DNA from: Terriglobia bacterium
GTDB taxonomy: Bacteria > Acidobacteriota > Terriglobia > 20CM-2-55-15
Direction: 5' to 3'
NCBI GenBank assembly: GCA_963664115.2
Contig: CAXWPJ010000010.1
Location: forward strand, 416,001-480,000
Length of the DNA stretch: 64,000 nucleotides
The translations under genes were made by a program, and so were the position numbers. Positions 39,335-51,845 of this stretch are shown here, piece after piece. The stretch's first letter is position 1. Each line of letters begins with the position of its first letter. Below the pieces are notes generated by a model. It saw nothing but the letters and a program-made list of their open reading frames with translations, had not been told where the DNA came from and did not search any database.

Positions 39335-40052
39335 GGCGACGGCTGAAATAATCCGCACCGAAGATCTCTGGAAGACCTACACGATGGGCGTGGACAACGT
39401 GATCCACGCTCTGGCTAGCGTTACACTTCGGATACAAGCTAACGAATACGTCGCGATCATGGGGCCGTCGGGATCGGGCAAGTCTACCTTGATGAATCTG
39501 ATCGGCTGTCTCGACACGCCCAGCCAGGGCCAATACTGGCTGAATGGTAAGCTTGCCAGCGACATGGACGACGACGAACTGGCCCAAATCCGAAACAAGG
39601 AAATCGGTTTCGTTTTTCAGACCTTCAACCTCCTGCCGCGCGCCAGCGCGCTGCACAACGTCGAGTTACCACTCATATACAGCGGCATGTTGACCCGCGA
39701 ACGCCGGGAACGCGCCATGGCAGCGTTGGAAATGGTCGAACTCGAAGACCGGCAAAGCCATCGACCCAGCGAGCTTTCCGGCGGGCAGCGCCAGAGGGTG
39801 GCCATCGCCCGCGCACTGGTCAACCGGCCAACAATTCTTCTGGCGGACGAACCCATCGGTAACCTGGATTCCCAGACCGGCGCCGAAATCATGCAACTGT
39901 TCGCCCGTCTCCACGAAGACGGGAACACGATCATCCTGGTGACCCACGAGCAGAGTGTCGCACGCTCGGCCCACCGCGTTATTCATATCCTCGATGGACG
40001 GATCGACAGGGATGAGCGTGTCACGGATTCAATCCTAAACGTCAGCGATTGA
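39321..40052 (+). CDS. ABC transporter ATP-binding protein (MacB/LolD-like)
   Basis: [22 protein letters not shown] and VTH motifs. Confidence 0.95.
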   Translation: MKVREATAEIIRTEDLWKTYTMGVDNVIHALASVTLRIQANEYVAIMGPSGSGKSTLMNLIGCLDTPSQGQYWLNGKLASDMDDDELAQIRNKEIGFVFQTFNLLPRASALHNVELPLIYSGMLTRERRERAMAALEMVELEDRQSHRPSELSGGQRQRVAIARALVNRPTILLADEPIGNLDSQTGAEIMQLFARLHEDGNTIILVTHEQSVARSAHRVIHILDGRIDRDERVTDSILNVSD

Positions 40053-40166
40053 GGCGCATTCTTGCCTTGCGCGGATTTCTGACAATTAAAGACGAGTTTG
40101 TTGTGTGCCTGTTTTACCTTCCCTTGTACGATGTTCGAAGACTGGATGGTGCAATAGAGGACCCCC

Positions 40167-40634
40167 ATGGCTGACTTGGAAACAGGCCCCCTACAGAGCA
40201 GTCCCGACGACGAGAACCTCCGGGACGGGCTTGAGGAATTAGAAGAACTACGCCGGGAGCGGCGAGAATTTTTTACAAAGGTCTTCTTTGGATTTCTTGG
40301 CCTGGTGGCACTCGTCGCACTCGTGGTTTTTTTCCCCACAATAAACCGGCGCGCTGCAGGCGGTCTGAGGGCCGGTCAAGAGGCCATCGTCAGCAGGGCG
40401 TCCGTCGTCGGTGTGGACTTCGAGGCGTGGACCGAAGTGGCGGCTCTTGAGAACAACAATAACCAGATAGCGCTCAACCAGCTGATGGGCACGGGTCGAG
40501 CCTTCATCGTGAACGAAGGGTCGGACGTAGTTATTCTTGAAGTCAGATTCAACAGTGTGATGGTCCGCGCCTTGGACGGTACCAACGCCGGGAAGGAGGG
40601 CTGGCTGCGCTCGGGGAGCCTACGGGCCAACTAG
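40167..40634 (+). CDS. Hypothetical membrane-anchored protein
   Basis: 155 aa with one TM helix and an SH3-like GKEGWL tail; its stop codon lies in the IS target CTAG. Confidence 0.65.
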   Translation: MADLETGPLQSSPDDENLRDGLEELEELRRERREFFTKVFFGFLGLVALVALVVFFPTINRRAAGGLRAGQEAIVSRASVVGVDFEAWTEVAALENNNNQIALNQLMGTGRAFIVNEGSDVVILEVRFNSVMVRALDGTNAGKEGWLRSGSLRAN

Positions 40635-40635
40635 T

Positions 40636-42482
40636 CCCAAAACAAGCGCATAACCAGTCCGCCGAGGCCCAGTTCGCGCCGATAGAATTCGAGGCATAGA
40701 ATCCCGTTCCCGGATGGCCTGTTCCAGGTATCGAGTTTCTGTTGAATCTGTTTCAGTTCAGCCTCGCTGGTGTTGGACGGTTGACAGAAACCGGGACCTC
40801 GATCGCCCGGGCTCAGAGTCATGATCGGGTCAACATCGCAGAGGCTGACGCAACACATCCACCCCGCGGAACAAGACCGGCAACCACCGGTTCCAGGCCA
40901 GGATCCGGAACAGAATGCGCCGCCCGGTGCGCACGAGTTGGCACGGCACAAGCATGAAAGCGTTCAAGAAGGTTTTGAACTCCATGCGCAGCACGGTTTG
41001 CTTCTCAGCCTGATATTTTTGGCCCCAACGTCCGGTTTCGGGAAGCAGCAATGCAAACCACGCTTTCAGTGTCCAGGCCAGTGACGCGATCACCATGTAG
41101 GCCCAGTTGCTGGTCTGATCTCCGACCGGCATCCGCAACGCCTGAACGCCGTTCTTCAACTGCTCAATGAGATTCTCCTGATTGCACCGTTGATTGGCAC
41201 GCATCACAATCTGGTCGGCCGGATCCGAACGGTTGGTAATGTAGAAGAAGTACCGGATGTCGTCAAACAACACCTGCTCTCCTTTGGCCACCGACAGATT
41301 CTTCCGCACCACGACGACACGGTAGTCCCGATCGCAGGCTCCGGGTCGATACCGAAACTCGGCCACATCCTCACCCTGCAAGCGGATATTGTCGAAACCG
41401 CGCTGCCGAACGATCTCTTCCTTCACGTTGTCGGGACGTTGGCGCGGTTCGGTCGCCACGTCGTATTTCGCGGGCCGTTCCAGGCGCTTCCACTGGCGCG
41501 GCTCCAGTTCATCGGCCCGGGCCTTCAGGTTCGCCATCGCGTCAATCCCGAATATGAAACCCACCTGCTGGTCGTCCCATCCGTCCAGATGCCGGGTCTG
41601 GCTGAAGTCCGTGTCCCCGCGCAGCAGGATCTGGCGAAACCCCGCATGCCGGCACAATGCGATGGCTTGGTCGAACCGGACCGCGGCTCCTTCATGCGAC
41701 GGCCGGTTGCCGCTACGATTGACCAGATACAGCGGTTCGGCGGTGTTGGCCAGCGAGATCATCAGCGGGTGATATCCCCACGTCCCGTCGTAGGCCACGT
41801 CCATCCCTTGCTTGCATTCCCCCGTGGTTTCGGCCAGTGTCCCGTCCGCGTCCAACACCGCTTCTTCGAAAAACGCCGCCGGTTGCTGTCGCCAGACTCC
41901 GAGCCGGACTTGATTGGTTGCCTCCATCAGACACTCCACGTCGTCGGCCTCGAATCTCCGGCAGAAGTCTCCCGCCGTCGTCGGATCCGGAATCCGTTGC
42001 GCTCCCAGCGCATCCAGATACACCGCATCGTTGCGCCGCAGTTCGATGTCTTCCAGGCACGTTCCTCCGCTCAAGGCGTTGTAGGCGATGTTCAGCACGT
42101 GATCCGACTCGTGATACGGCAGGTGCCGCTTCAACACATGCACGCCCTTGTCGATGGCTTCGATCAGCCCGGTCCGCCGCGCCACCAGTTGCATCGTCCC
42201 GATACCACCAACCGATGTGCCCCGCGTCCGCTCTCCCATCTCGTACTGAATGTTGCTCGCCGAAAACATCGGCTCTACCTGATCCGTCCAATGCCGGTCC
42301 CCAAGCCGACGTTCGATTCGCCGCTTGCGGTTCCTCATGTTCTTGCGCGTATAATCGTTCATCTGAAATGCCTCCTTTTCCGAAGAATCTGTTCAAGGTT
42401 TTTTTCGCACGGAGAGGGGGCATTTCGGGTACTTCCGCTCTTATTGCACTATCATTTCCTCGTCAATCACGCTTGTTCAGGG
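40636..42482 (-). mobile_element. IS1380 family element, copy 3 (non-matching flanks)
   Basis: Flanks are ACTAGT and TCTAGG. Confidence 0.95.
40830..42362 (-). CDS. IS1380 family transposase
   Basis: Protein identical to copy 1. Confidence 0.93.
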   Translation of the reverse strand: MNDYTRKNMRNRKRRIERRLGDRHWTDQVEPMFSASNIQYEMGERTRGTSVGGIGTMQLVARRTGLIEAIDKGVHVLKRHLPYHESDHVLNIAYNALSGGTCLEDIELRRNDAVYLDALGAQRIPDPTTAGDFCRRFEADDVECLMEATNQVRLGVWRQQPAAFFEEAVLDADGTLAETTGECKQGMDVAYDGTWGYHPLMISLANTAEPLYLVNRSGNRPSHEGAAVRFDQAIALCRHAGFRQILLRGDTDFSQTRHLDGWDDQQVGFIFGIDAMANLKARADELEPRQWKRLERPAKYDVATEPRQRPDNVKEEIVRQRGFDNIRLQGEDVAEFRYRPGACDRDYRVVVVRKNLSVAKGEQVLFDDIRYFFYITNRSDPADQIVMRANQRCNQENLIEQLKNGVQALRMPVGDQTSNWAYMVIASLAWTLKAWFALLLPETGRWGQKYQAEKQTVLRMEFKTFLNAFMLVPCQLVRTGRRILFRILAWNRWLPVLFRGVDVLRQPLRC

Positions 42483-42977
42483 TCTAGGTTGACTCTTCCG
42501 TTGGGCAGATCGTTGTTTTGTTGGGCAAATTGCTCCCGTTAGGCAAAGCCTGTTTATGGCCTCACAACCAGGATTTCCTTTTCCGGACTGGAGTCCCTAA
42601 GTAGGTGCCACAGCGCAACTTAGCAGTGATTTCCGTCCGGCCACGGAGCGTTGACAGAGTACCACGGCATGGTAGAAGGGGCGTAGTTCTCGGCGATGAA
42701 AGCCTGCGCGATGCGACTTCCCGCCTGGTTTCGAGAGAGAGCAGGGCCAGCTGTCGATAATAACGGACAGATTCCTGGACACCGGGGGCATCCTGCTGGC
42801 CTCGGCGAAACTGTGGCTCTTGCGGGACTAGCTTCGAATTCCCGCGCCCCAAGTCATTCTGATTTTCGGGTTATTCACCCGGGCAGCGAACGTCTACGTG
42901 CTCAGCCTCCTTCCCGATTTCCTGATTCGCTTCGTGTTGTAGCTCCTGACGCACAGCGTCGAGCCGGAGTCTCTTCT

Positions 42978-45510
42978 TCAAGGAATTGTTGGAGCCGCAG
43001 TCGGTGCCAGCAGCAACTCCAGCGGTTGGCCGTCCTGCCCCGTGAATCGGAGCGATCCGGACGATGTGCCACCCGGGGTGCCGCTGAAGAGAATGAACTG
43101 GGTCGTCCAGCCGTCGGAATCCACGAAATGGGGGAAGAACAGGCCGGATGTGGTGGGGTCCGCGTTTTCATCCACCGGCGGAGTCGTCGTGACCAGAATG
43201 TCGTCGCGCTGGTTGATCGCCAGTCGAAGGCCGACCGTGGCGATGTCGGGCGCCGTGGAAGCGATCCTGAGGATGCCCGAGAACGGCGTGGCCAACGTGG
43301 GGAAGAATTCGTCGATGAATCGGGACAGGTGGCCTGATGCGGGAATGGTGAGCAACTCGGTGGATCCGGTGGCGGTTCCGTCCAGGTCCGCCAATTCGAG
43401 CAGGACCGTCGTGGGCGCATCCGACGTATTGGTCAGGGCGATGCCGCTCCGGACCGAGTGGGGCTGGCCGGGTGTGCCGCTCGCCTCGATGTAGAGGCGG
43501 AAGGCGGCGCTGGAGGAGGATGCCGAGACACCGGCTTTGGACACGGTCATGCCGTCTTTCTGGAACGCGAAGATACTGACGCCCGACGGCGCGGGCTGGG
43601 CGGGGTCGGGCACCGCGCGGACCGATCCGGCCTCGAGGGGGCCGGCGGGACTGGAAGTCCGGAGGCGTGTTGCACTCCTTGGGGGAATCGAATAGGAGAA
43701 TGTCGATCCGCTCCTCCCATCGTCGAGCGTCAGTGTCGCCGGAGCGGCGGCTTCCGTTTCGCTGCCGGAGCCGAAGAACTGAACGCTGCCGGCGATGGGT
43801 GTGTGGGCGGGGTTGACCAGAATCACCTCGGTCGTCCATCCGCCGCCCGCCGCAAAATGCGGAAAGTAGACCGTGCCGGTGGTGGGGACCGCGAGCGGCG
43901 CGACGGGAAGCGTCGTCATCAGGAACTCGGAGCGCTCATTGACGAACCCGCGTAGCGCAATGACGGCGACCGGGAGGTCGGCGGTGAAGGTGAATGTTCC
44001 AAACATCGCGCTGCCACCATTAAAGGGAGAGCCTCGTCCAGAAATCGTGCGATCTGTTCCCGGGGCCTCAGCGTGAAGGTGCTGTGTCCGAAGTCGCTGC
44101 CTTCGCTGTCGGTGAAGAAGAACGCGATCGTAGCGGCAGTGTCGTTGGAATTGGCCAGGGCGAGGCCGGTTCGGACGGGCCCGTCGGTCTCGGCGAAGAT
44201 CCGTCCCTCGAGAACAGGGGCGGAGGCCGGGACGCCGGCTTCAGAGACGAGAATCCCGTTGAGCCGGGAAGCGAATATGGCCAGTCCGGCAGGCGGGGTC
44301 ATCCCGGCATCGGTCTCCACCTGCCCATATCCAACACGGAGCGCGGGCGATCACGGAGCGCGGGCGATGTGCCATGGGAGGTGAGGGAAATCCCGCCCCG
44401 GTCGGGGACGGAAAACGGAAGCGTCGCGGACGGGACGATCTGATCTCCCGTATAAAAGCCGGAGCCGATGACCACAGTTTGGCCCGCGTAGATCGGGGCA
44501 TCATCCGCAATCATGAAGCTTTCAGCATAGCCAACCTTGGCGGATCCGAGGTCTTCATCCCCTTCTACCGATGGGTCATCCCAGTAGTATTCGACGTAGT
44601 CTCCCCCCGCGAGGGCCGCATCGATAAGTGCCCTTAGGAATTTGAATCCGTTGCGGTCTTGGCGGTCGATCTGGATTTTACCTTGCTGGTCCGGACGGGA
44701 ACCGTGAAACAGCACATAACCATCGGCCGTCATAACGTAGAGGTAGGTGGAACCTTGTCTCCAAGGCCCTGCCTCTCTCCTCAATTCGTTGTTTAATTTC
44801 GCAAAATCCAAGCCGAACTCCGCAAAGCCTTCAACAGTCCATGCAATGGCTCCTTGTACGAAGGCCTTCAGGGTTTCCCGGTCCACCACGTCAGCGGCCG
44901 TGACTGCAGGGGGATCGGGGAATTCGTCAATGATATTCTCCACATCGGATATATCCTGGTAGAAGTCGGCAACCAGTACGAAATATTCTTGAGCCAATGG
45001 AGATGTGTATTTGACGGCGTAGGACACCTTGGGGTTTTCGTCGTTCGGGTCCGACGGATCGTCCCAGGCATACTCGAAAAAGCCTCCGTCTCCCATGCTT
45101 TCGGCTGCAGCGAGCATCGCCTGTACGACTTTGACTCCATTGTCGTCTTCCAGATCCCGCACGTCTGTACCGTCCAATTCCGGATCGTTGCCGTGAAACC
45201 ACAGGATGCCTTCCGGGAGCAGAATATTGAGGTACATATTGCCTGAGTTCCAATCCCCGCCTTCTTCCCGCAATATATCCGTGAGCGCCGCCAGCTGGTT
45301 AATGTCAGTAACGCTCGAAATGTAATCCCGTGCAGACAGTGCAAAGGCTTTCAAGGTTTCCCGGTCCACGACCTCGCTGGCCGTGGTCTGGGTGTCCTGG
45401 GCCACGGCAGACGGCACGGAAAAGACGCTGGCCAGCCCCAGCACAAAACAAAAGATAACCATCAGCCTTATAGTCTTCATTACAGCCTTCCCCTGCTTTA
45501 GCAAGCTCAC
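42978..45510 (-). pseudogene. Secreted double-Cache-domain protein fused to a beta-rich C-terminal region, split into three ORFs
   Basis: Two repeats TAxxVVDRETLKAF...FH...YxWDDPS...KVxYA. Frameshifts at a 17-bp duplication (44335-44368) and near 44030. C-terminal FPHFxxxxGWTT repeats. Confidence 0.7.
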
Positions 45511-45638
45511 ACCGGGTGGTGTGGTTTGAATGTCAGCTCATGTTCGCTCATGGTTCCATTGGAAGCGTAGCCACGGCGACCTTCCTCGGTGCCTCGACAC
45601 CGCGAAGAGGCGCTCCAGCCCTTCGGGCACGCGGTCAA

Positions 45639-46091
45639 TCAACTCGAATTCAGCGCCTCCCGCCCGAACCGCTCGGCGGCCTCCAGGGTCTCGCGCACGT
45701 CGTCCCAGGTCGTGGTGTGGTTGACGATGCACATCCTGAGCGAAAACGTTCCCCGGAGAAGCGTCGATGAAATGAATGCGGGGTCTTCCCAAAAGACGCG
45801 GACGAGCACTTTCCTGTTGATCTCTTCCAGGGATTTCTCGTCGAGGTCGGTGTCGGCGGGATTGATCCGGAAACACACGATTCCCAGCGACGCGGGGATC
45901 AGGAGTTCCAGGATCGGGCTCGCCCGGACGTATTCCTCGGCCTGGGCGGCCAACTCCATCCCTGTCGACACGGCCCGCCGGAACGCGGCCTTCCCGAAAG
46001 TCTGGACCGACATCCAGACTTTCAAGGCCCGAAACGAGCGGCTCAACTGCAGGCTGCGATCAGAGAAGTTGGGGTGGTTCGCACCCCACAC
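45639..46091 (-). pseudogene. C-terminal fragment of a PLP-dependent (group II) decarboxylase
   Basis: LQLSRSFRALKVWM, LGIVCFR and LRMCIVNHTT; the 5' part is missing. Confidence 0.8.
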
Positions 46092-46138
46092 CGTGGTGAA
46101 AGCCCGAGCGCTGCGACTCCCTGCCTGGCCTCACTAGG

Positions 46139-47980
46139 CCCAAAACAAGCGCATAACCAGTCCGCCGAGGCCCAGTTCGCGCCGATAGAATTCGAGGCAT
46201 AGAATCCCGTTCCCGGATGGCCTGTTCCAGGTATCGAGTTTCTGTTGAATCTGTTTCAGTTCAGCCTCGCTGGTGTTGGACGGTTGACAGAAACCGGGAC
46301 CTCGATCGCCCGGGCTCAGAGTCATGATCGGGTCAACATCGCAGAGGCTGACGCAACACATCCACCCCGCGGAACAAGACCGGCAACCACCGGTTCCAGG
46401 CCAGGATCCGGAACAGAATGCGCCGCCCGGTGCGCACGAGTTGGCACGGCACAAGCATGAAAGCGTTCAAGAAGGTTTTGAACTCCATGCGCAGCACGGT
46501 TTGCTTCTCAGCCTGATATTTTTGGCCCCAACGTCCGGTTTCGGGAAGCAGCAATGCAAACCACGCTTTCAGTGTCCAGGCCAGTGACGCGATCACCATG
46601 TAGGCCCAGTTGCTGGTCTGATCTCCGACCGGCATCCGCAACGCCTGAACGCCGTTCTTCAACTGCTCAATGAGATTCTCCTGATTGCACCGTTGATTGG
46701 CACGCATCACAATCTGGTCGGCCGGATCCGAACGGTTGGTAATGTAGAAGAAGTACCGGATGTCGTCAAACAACACCTGCTCTCCTTTGGCCACCGACAG
46801 ATTCTTCCGCACCACGACGACACGGTAGTCCCGATCGCAGGCTCCGGGTCGATACCGAAACTCGGCCACATCCTCACCCTGCAAGCGGATATTGTCGAAA
46901 CCGCGCTGCCGAACGATCTCTTCCTTCACGTTGTCGGGACGTTGGCGCGGTTCGGTCGCCACGTCGTATTTCGCGGGCCGTTCCAGGCGCTTCCACTGGC
47001 GCGGCTCCAGTTCATCGGCCCGGGCCTTCAGGTTCGCCATCGCGTCAATCCCGAATATGAAACCCACCTGCTGGTCGTCCCATCCGTCCAGATGCCGGGT
47101 CTGGCTGAAGTCCGTGTCCCCGCGCAGCAGGATCTGGCGAAACCCCGCATGCCGGCACAATGCGATGGCTTGGTCGAACCGGACCGCGGCTCCTTCATGC
47201 GACGGCCGGTTGCCGCTACGATTGACCAGATACAGCGGTTCGGCGGTGTTGGCCAGCGAGATCATCAGCGGGTGATATCCCCACGTCCCGTCGTAGGCCA
47301 CGTCCATCCCTTGCTTGCATTCCCCCGTGGTTTCGGCCAGTGTCCCGTCCGCGTCCAACACCGCTTCTTCGAAAAACGCCGCCGGTTGCTGTCGCCAGAC
47401 TCCGAGCCGGACTTGATTGGTTGCCTCCATCAGACACTCCACGTCGTCGGCCTCGCCGGCAGAAGTCTCCCGCCGTCGTCGGATCCGGAATCCGTTGCGC
47501 TCCCAGCGCATCCAGATACACCGCATCGTTGCGCCGCAGTTCGATGTCTTCCAGGCACGTTCCTCCGCTCAAGGCGTTGTAGGCGATGTTCAGCACGTGA
47601 TCCGACTCGTGATACGGCAGGTGCCGCTTCAACACATGCACGCCCTTGTCGATGGCTTCGATCAGCCCGGTCCGCCGCGCCACCAGTTGCATCGTCCCGA
47701 TACCACCAACCGATGTGCCCCGCGTCCGCTCTCCCATCTCGTACTGAATGTTGCTCGCCGAAAACATCGGCTCTACCTGATCCGTCCAATGCCGGTCCCC
47801 AAGCCGACGTTCGATTCGCCGCTTGCGGTTCCTCATGTTCTTGCGCGTATAATCGTTCATCTGAAATGCCTCCTTTTCCGAAGAATCTGTTCAAGGTTTT
47901 TTTCGCACGGAGAGGGGGCATTTCGGGTACTTCCGCTCTTATTGCACTATCATTTCCTCGTCAATCACGCTTGTTCAGGG
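46139..47980 (-). mobile_element. IS1380 family element, copy 4 (1842 bp, transposase frameshifted)
   Basis: TSD ACTAGG on both sides; a 5-bp deletion (AATCT) near 47455 splits the transposase. Confidence 0.93.
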
Positions 47981-48045
47981 ACTAGGGAAAGATCAGGGTC
48001 AGATGTCTATAAAAACGGACGAATAAAGAGACGGTCTCGAACCCC

Positions 48046-48407
48046 TTGAGAGGAACTCAAAGTATGCTCGGGGAAACCGTCCTGGAATCGAGCGATATTG
48101 AGACGGTGGCGTCGACCCGCGTGGGCGACACCCGGGGCTACGCTCGCGTCTCGACCAACGACCAGAACCCCGACGCCCAGCCCGACCGACTCATTGAGGC
48201 TGGCGCCATTCGCGTCTACACCGACATCGTCTCGGGCAAGCGCTTCGACCGCCCTGGCCAGGCCGAGCTCATCGACTACGCCCGACCCGGTGACCGTCTG
48301 TGCGTCATTCGCCTCGACCGGCTCGGACGCTCACTCAGGGAACTGCTCGAAACCGTCGACGGCCTCAAGGCCCGCGGCATCCACCTGATCAGCCTTGAGG
48401 AGCGCCT
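48046..48407 (+). pseudogene. Serine resolvase/invertase, truncated by an IS3-family element
   Basis: GYARVSTNDQ, SGKRFDRP and RLDRLGRS; the C-terminal HTH is absent. Confidence 0.85.
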
Positions 48408-49608
48408 TGGACTTCCCCGGGTTTAGTGGACACTTGGTTTAAGCTGCGCTGTGCAGCCGAACATAGTCACTCTCGAATTCCTGTGGGCTGACGTAACCGA
48501 TAAATGAATGCCTGCGTACGCGATTGTAAAACGCTTCGATGTCCTCGAAGATTTCAGTAGTTGCCTGAGAACGTGTACGGAACAGCGACTCGTGAATGAA
48601 CTCGACCTTTAACGTGGCGAAGAAGCTCTCGGCCACGGCATTGTCCCAGCAGTTGCCCTTGCGGCTCATACTACAAGTAATGCCCCGTGCGCGCAGGAGG
48701 CTTTGGTAGTCGTTGGCAGCGTACTGACTGCCTCGGTCGGAGTGATGAATCAGTCCGGGCCCTGGATCACACGCCTCAAGGGCCATGCTCAGGGCACGCA
48801 CTGTCAACGCCTGGTCAATACGCGCACTCATCGCCCAACCCACGACACGCCTCGAGTATAGATCGAGAATGACGCACAGATACAGCCAGCCCTCCAGGGT
48901 CCACACGTACGTAATATCCCCGACCCAAGCCACATTGGGACGTGTGACTGCGAACTGACGGTCGAGGGTTTGGGCGCCACCGGTCGGCGGTGATTGGACT
49001 GGGTCGTGGTGCGAAAGCGCCGTCGTTGCTTGCCCCGCAGGCCATTCTCACGCATCAGCCGCGTCACGCGATGGCGACCCACCTTGTGGCCCTGCGCTGC
49101 CAGCTCACGGTGTATCCGGGGGCTTCCATAGGTTCCACGAGAGGCACGATGCGCCGCCTTGATGTCGAGCGTCACCGCCCGGTCCGATCGTGCACGTGTG
49201 CTTTCGGTGCGGTTGGTCCATCTGTAGAAGCCCGACGTCGATACCTCCAGCATCCGGCAGATCAACACCACCGGAAATTCGGCCTTCTCTGCCCATACGA
49301 ATCGGTATCTCACTGCGATTCCCTGGCAAAGAAGGCCGTTGCTTTGTTTAATATGTCGCGCTCCATCCGCAGTTGCCGATTCTCACGACGAAGTTGCGAT
49401 ATTTCCTCGCGCTCAGCGGTGCTCAAGACCTTGCCGCCGCCGCGCCCCGCATCGGCCTCGCTTCGTGACACCCAATTACGCACCGCTGATTCAGTCAATC
49501 CCAGATCTCGGGCTACTGCTGCGATACCCTTTCCACCGTCACGCACCAGGCAAACAACCTCAGCCTTGTACTCCGGCGTGAACGCTCGTCTTTTTCTCGT
49601 CATGGGAC
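48408..49608 (-). mobile_element. IS3 family element a (orfA 49310-49603; orfB 48439-49313, frameshifted; left end lost)
   Basis: FTPEYKAEVV and LNKATAFFA; WVGDITY, HSDRGSQY and DNAVAESFF; IR TGGACTTCCCCGG at 48408. Confidence 0.88.
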
Positions 49609-51845
49609 TGAACCGCCCCGGGTTTCCCGGAGACTCCATTACTTGAGAAGATGGGAGTCATTATGGGAAGAGCAAGCAGATATGCACCCGAGGTTCGGGA
49701 ACGGAAGATGTCAACAAGTTTGAGACACCTGCATTAGGAATTTAAGCTACCGCCTGCGGTTCAGCAGGCGGATTGATCCAGACCTTGTCCGGCGGACCGG
49801 CGATCTTCCTGCGTGCGTTGACGAAGCGTTCGGGATGGCGTTGCCGTGCACGATCCAGAGCCAGTTGCCGTCGCCGAACGATTCGGTCGGTGCGGCCGTC
49901 GTGCACCGTGGCTGGCGTCAGCCAGTTCAGACCCGAATGGTAGTGGACATTGTTGTACCAGTGGAAGAAATCCCGGCAGAACGCCTTGGCGTCCTGGATC
50001 GAACCGAAACGTTCCGGGAAGTCGGGCCGGTACTTGAGCGTCTTGAACTGCGCTTCCGAGAACGGGTTGTCATCGGACACATACGGCCGGGAGTGGGATT
50101 GGGTCACTCCCAGGTCCGAGAGCAGCAGCGCCACCACCTTCGACTTCATCGACGACCCGCGATCGGCGTGGAGGATCAGTTGATCCCGGTCGATCCGTTG
50201 CTTGAGGCAGCTTTCACGAATCAACTTTTGAGCCAGACTGGCCGATTCGCAATCGGCCACCATCCAGCCCACGACTTGGCGGCTGAAGATATCCAGAATC
50301 ACGTACAGGTAGTAGTAGGTCCACTTCCGTGGGCCCTTCAACTTCGTTATATCCCATGTCCACACTTCATTCGGGCCAGTCGCTCACAGCTCCGGCTTCT
50401 GGTAGACGGGATGACGCCGCTGGTTCCGCCGTTCCCGCACTTCCTGGTTCGCATCCAGGATCCGGTACATCGTGCGTACCGAGCACAGATAGCGGTCTTC
50501 ATCCAGCAACGCCGCACACACCTGGGTAGGCGCTTGGTCCACGAAGCGTTCGCTATGGAGCAAGTCCAGTACCTGCCCACGCTCGGCCTCGCCCAAGGCC
50601 CGGTGCGAGGGGGCACGCGGCCGGGGCGGGGCCGGATCCGCTCCCCGCTGCCGGCGACGATACAGCGACGCGCGGGGCACTCCAAAGGCCCGGCATGCCA
50701 CGGCGGTTCCCAATTCGGTGGAGAACTTCTCGGCCGCTTCCATCAGTCGTTCTCTTACGGGTCCGAACTCTTCAGGGGAATCCCCAGCAGCGAAGCCACT
50801 TTTTTTTGGATTACGATGACCGTTTCGGCCTGCGCCAGCTTGGCCTCCAGCCGTCGGTTCTTGCGTTCCAGCTCGGCAATTCGTTTATCCCGTGCGTCTG
50901 GAGGCTTCCCCTTCCGGCCTCGCTTGGCCGGTCGCAATCCCTCCAGCTCCCCGGCCTCGCGCTGCCGCCGCCACGTGCTCAAGGCCGACGAAAACAACCC
51001 TTCTCGCCGCAGCAACGCCCCCAACTCCCCCGGCTTCGTGCACCGGTCGGCCTCCCGCACGATCCGCCGCTTATACTTGGCACTGAACTGCCGGCGTGTC
51101 GCCTTATCGGCTACCTCCGGGTCCGCTCCAACGCCATTGAACTCCGCCGCTTCGCGCGCAACTCCAGTCGCTCTACGGGCTCCTTCCGTTCCGCGCGATT
51201 CTTCTCGATCTTTTTCTTCTTTGATCACCAACACAGGTTATCTTCCTTCCCGCCCTGCACTCTAATTAACGTTCAAGCAAGTGTCTCACCCATGTTGGCA
51301 CAGAGGGGAACGTGCGGTACGAATGGTGGCCGAGCACCAGGGGGAGTACGCCTCACAGTGGGCGGCAATGGCGTCGATCGCTGCGAAGATCGGTTGTACC
51401 CCAGAAACACTGCGTAAGTGGGTCCGGCAAACAGAGCGTGATATGGGCCAACGTGGGGGCCTGACCAAGGACGAGAAACAACGGCTAAAGGAACTGGAAC
51501 GGGAGAATCGTGAGCTGAAACGAGCGAACGAGATCCTGCGCAAGGCGTCAGCGTTTTTCGCACAGGCGGAACTCGACCGCCGACCCCGGTGATGGCGGAT
51601 TTCATCGAGACGAATCGAGGCCGGTATGGGGTCGAGTCGATCTGCAGTGTGCTGCCGATCGCCCCATCGACGTTCTACGAGCACCAGGCACGGGAAAAGA
51701 ATCCAGATCGATTGCCCGCGCGTGCGAAGCGCGACGCGAAGCTTCGAGTCGAGATCGATCGGGTCTGGAGGGAAAACCGTCAGGTCTATGGCGTCCGCAA
51801 GGTCTGGAAGCAATTGAATCGCGAGAACACAGACGTTGCCCGCGT
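49609..51845 (+). mobile_element. IS3 family element b, interrupted by element c and 3'-truncated
   Basis: Left IR TGAACCGCCCCGGG. orfA MGRASRYAPEVRE (49663) resumes as RAVRMVAEH...[10 protein letters not shown] (to 51592). orfB begins at 51589 and stops near NTDVAR. Confidence 0.85.
49704..51306 (-). mobile_element. IS3-like element c (orfA 50755-51234; orfB 49742-50743, disrupted near 50385)
   Basis: GGAACG is duplicated at 49698-49703 and 51307-51312. Motifs RRQFSAKYK, WTWDITKL, HADRGS and DDNPFSEAQFKTLK. Confidence 0.85.
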
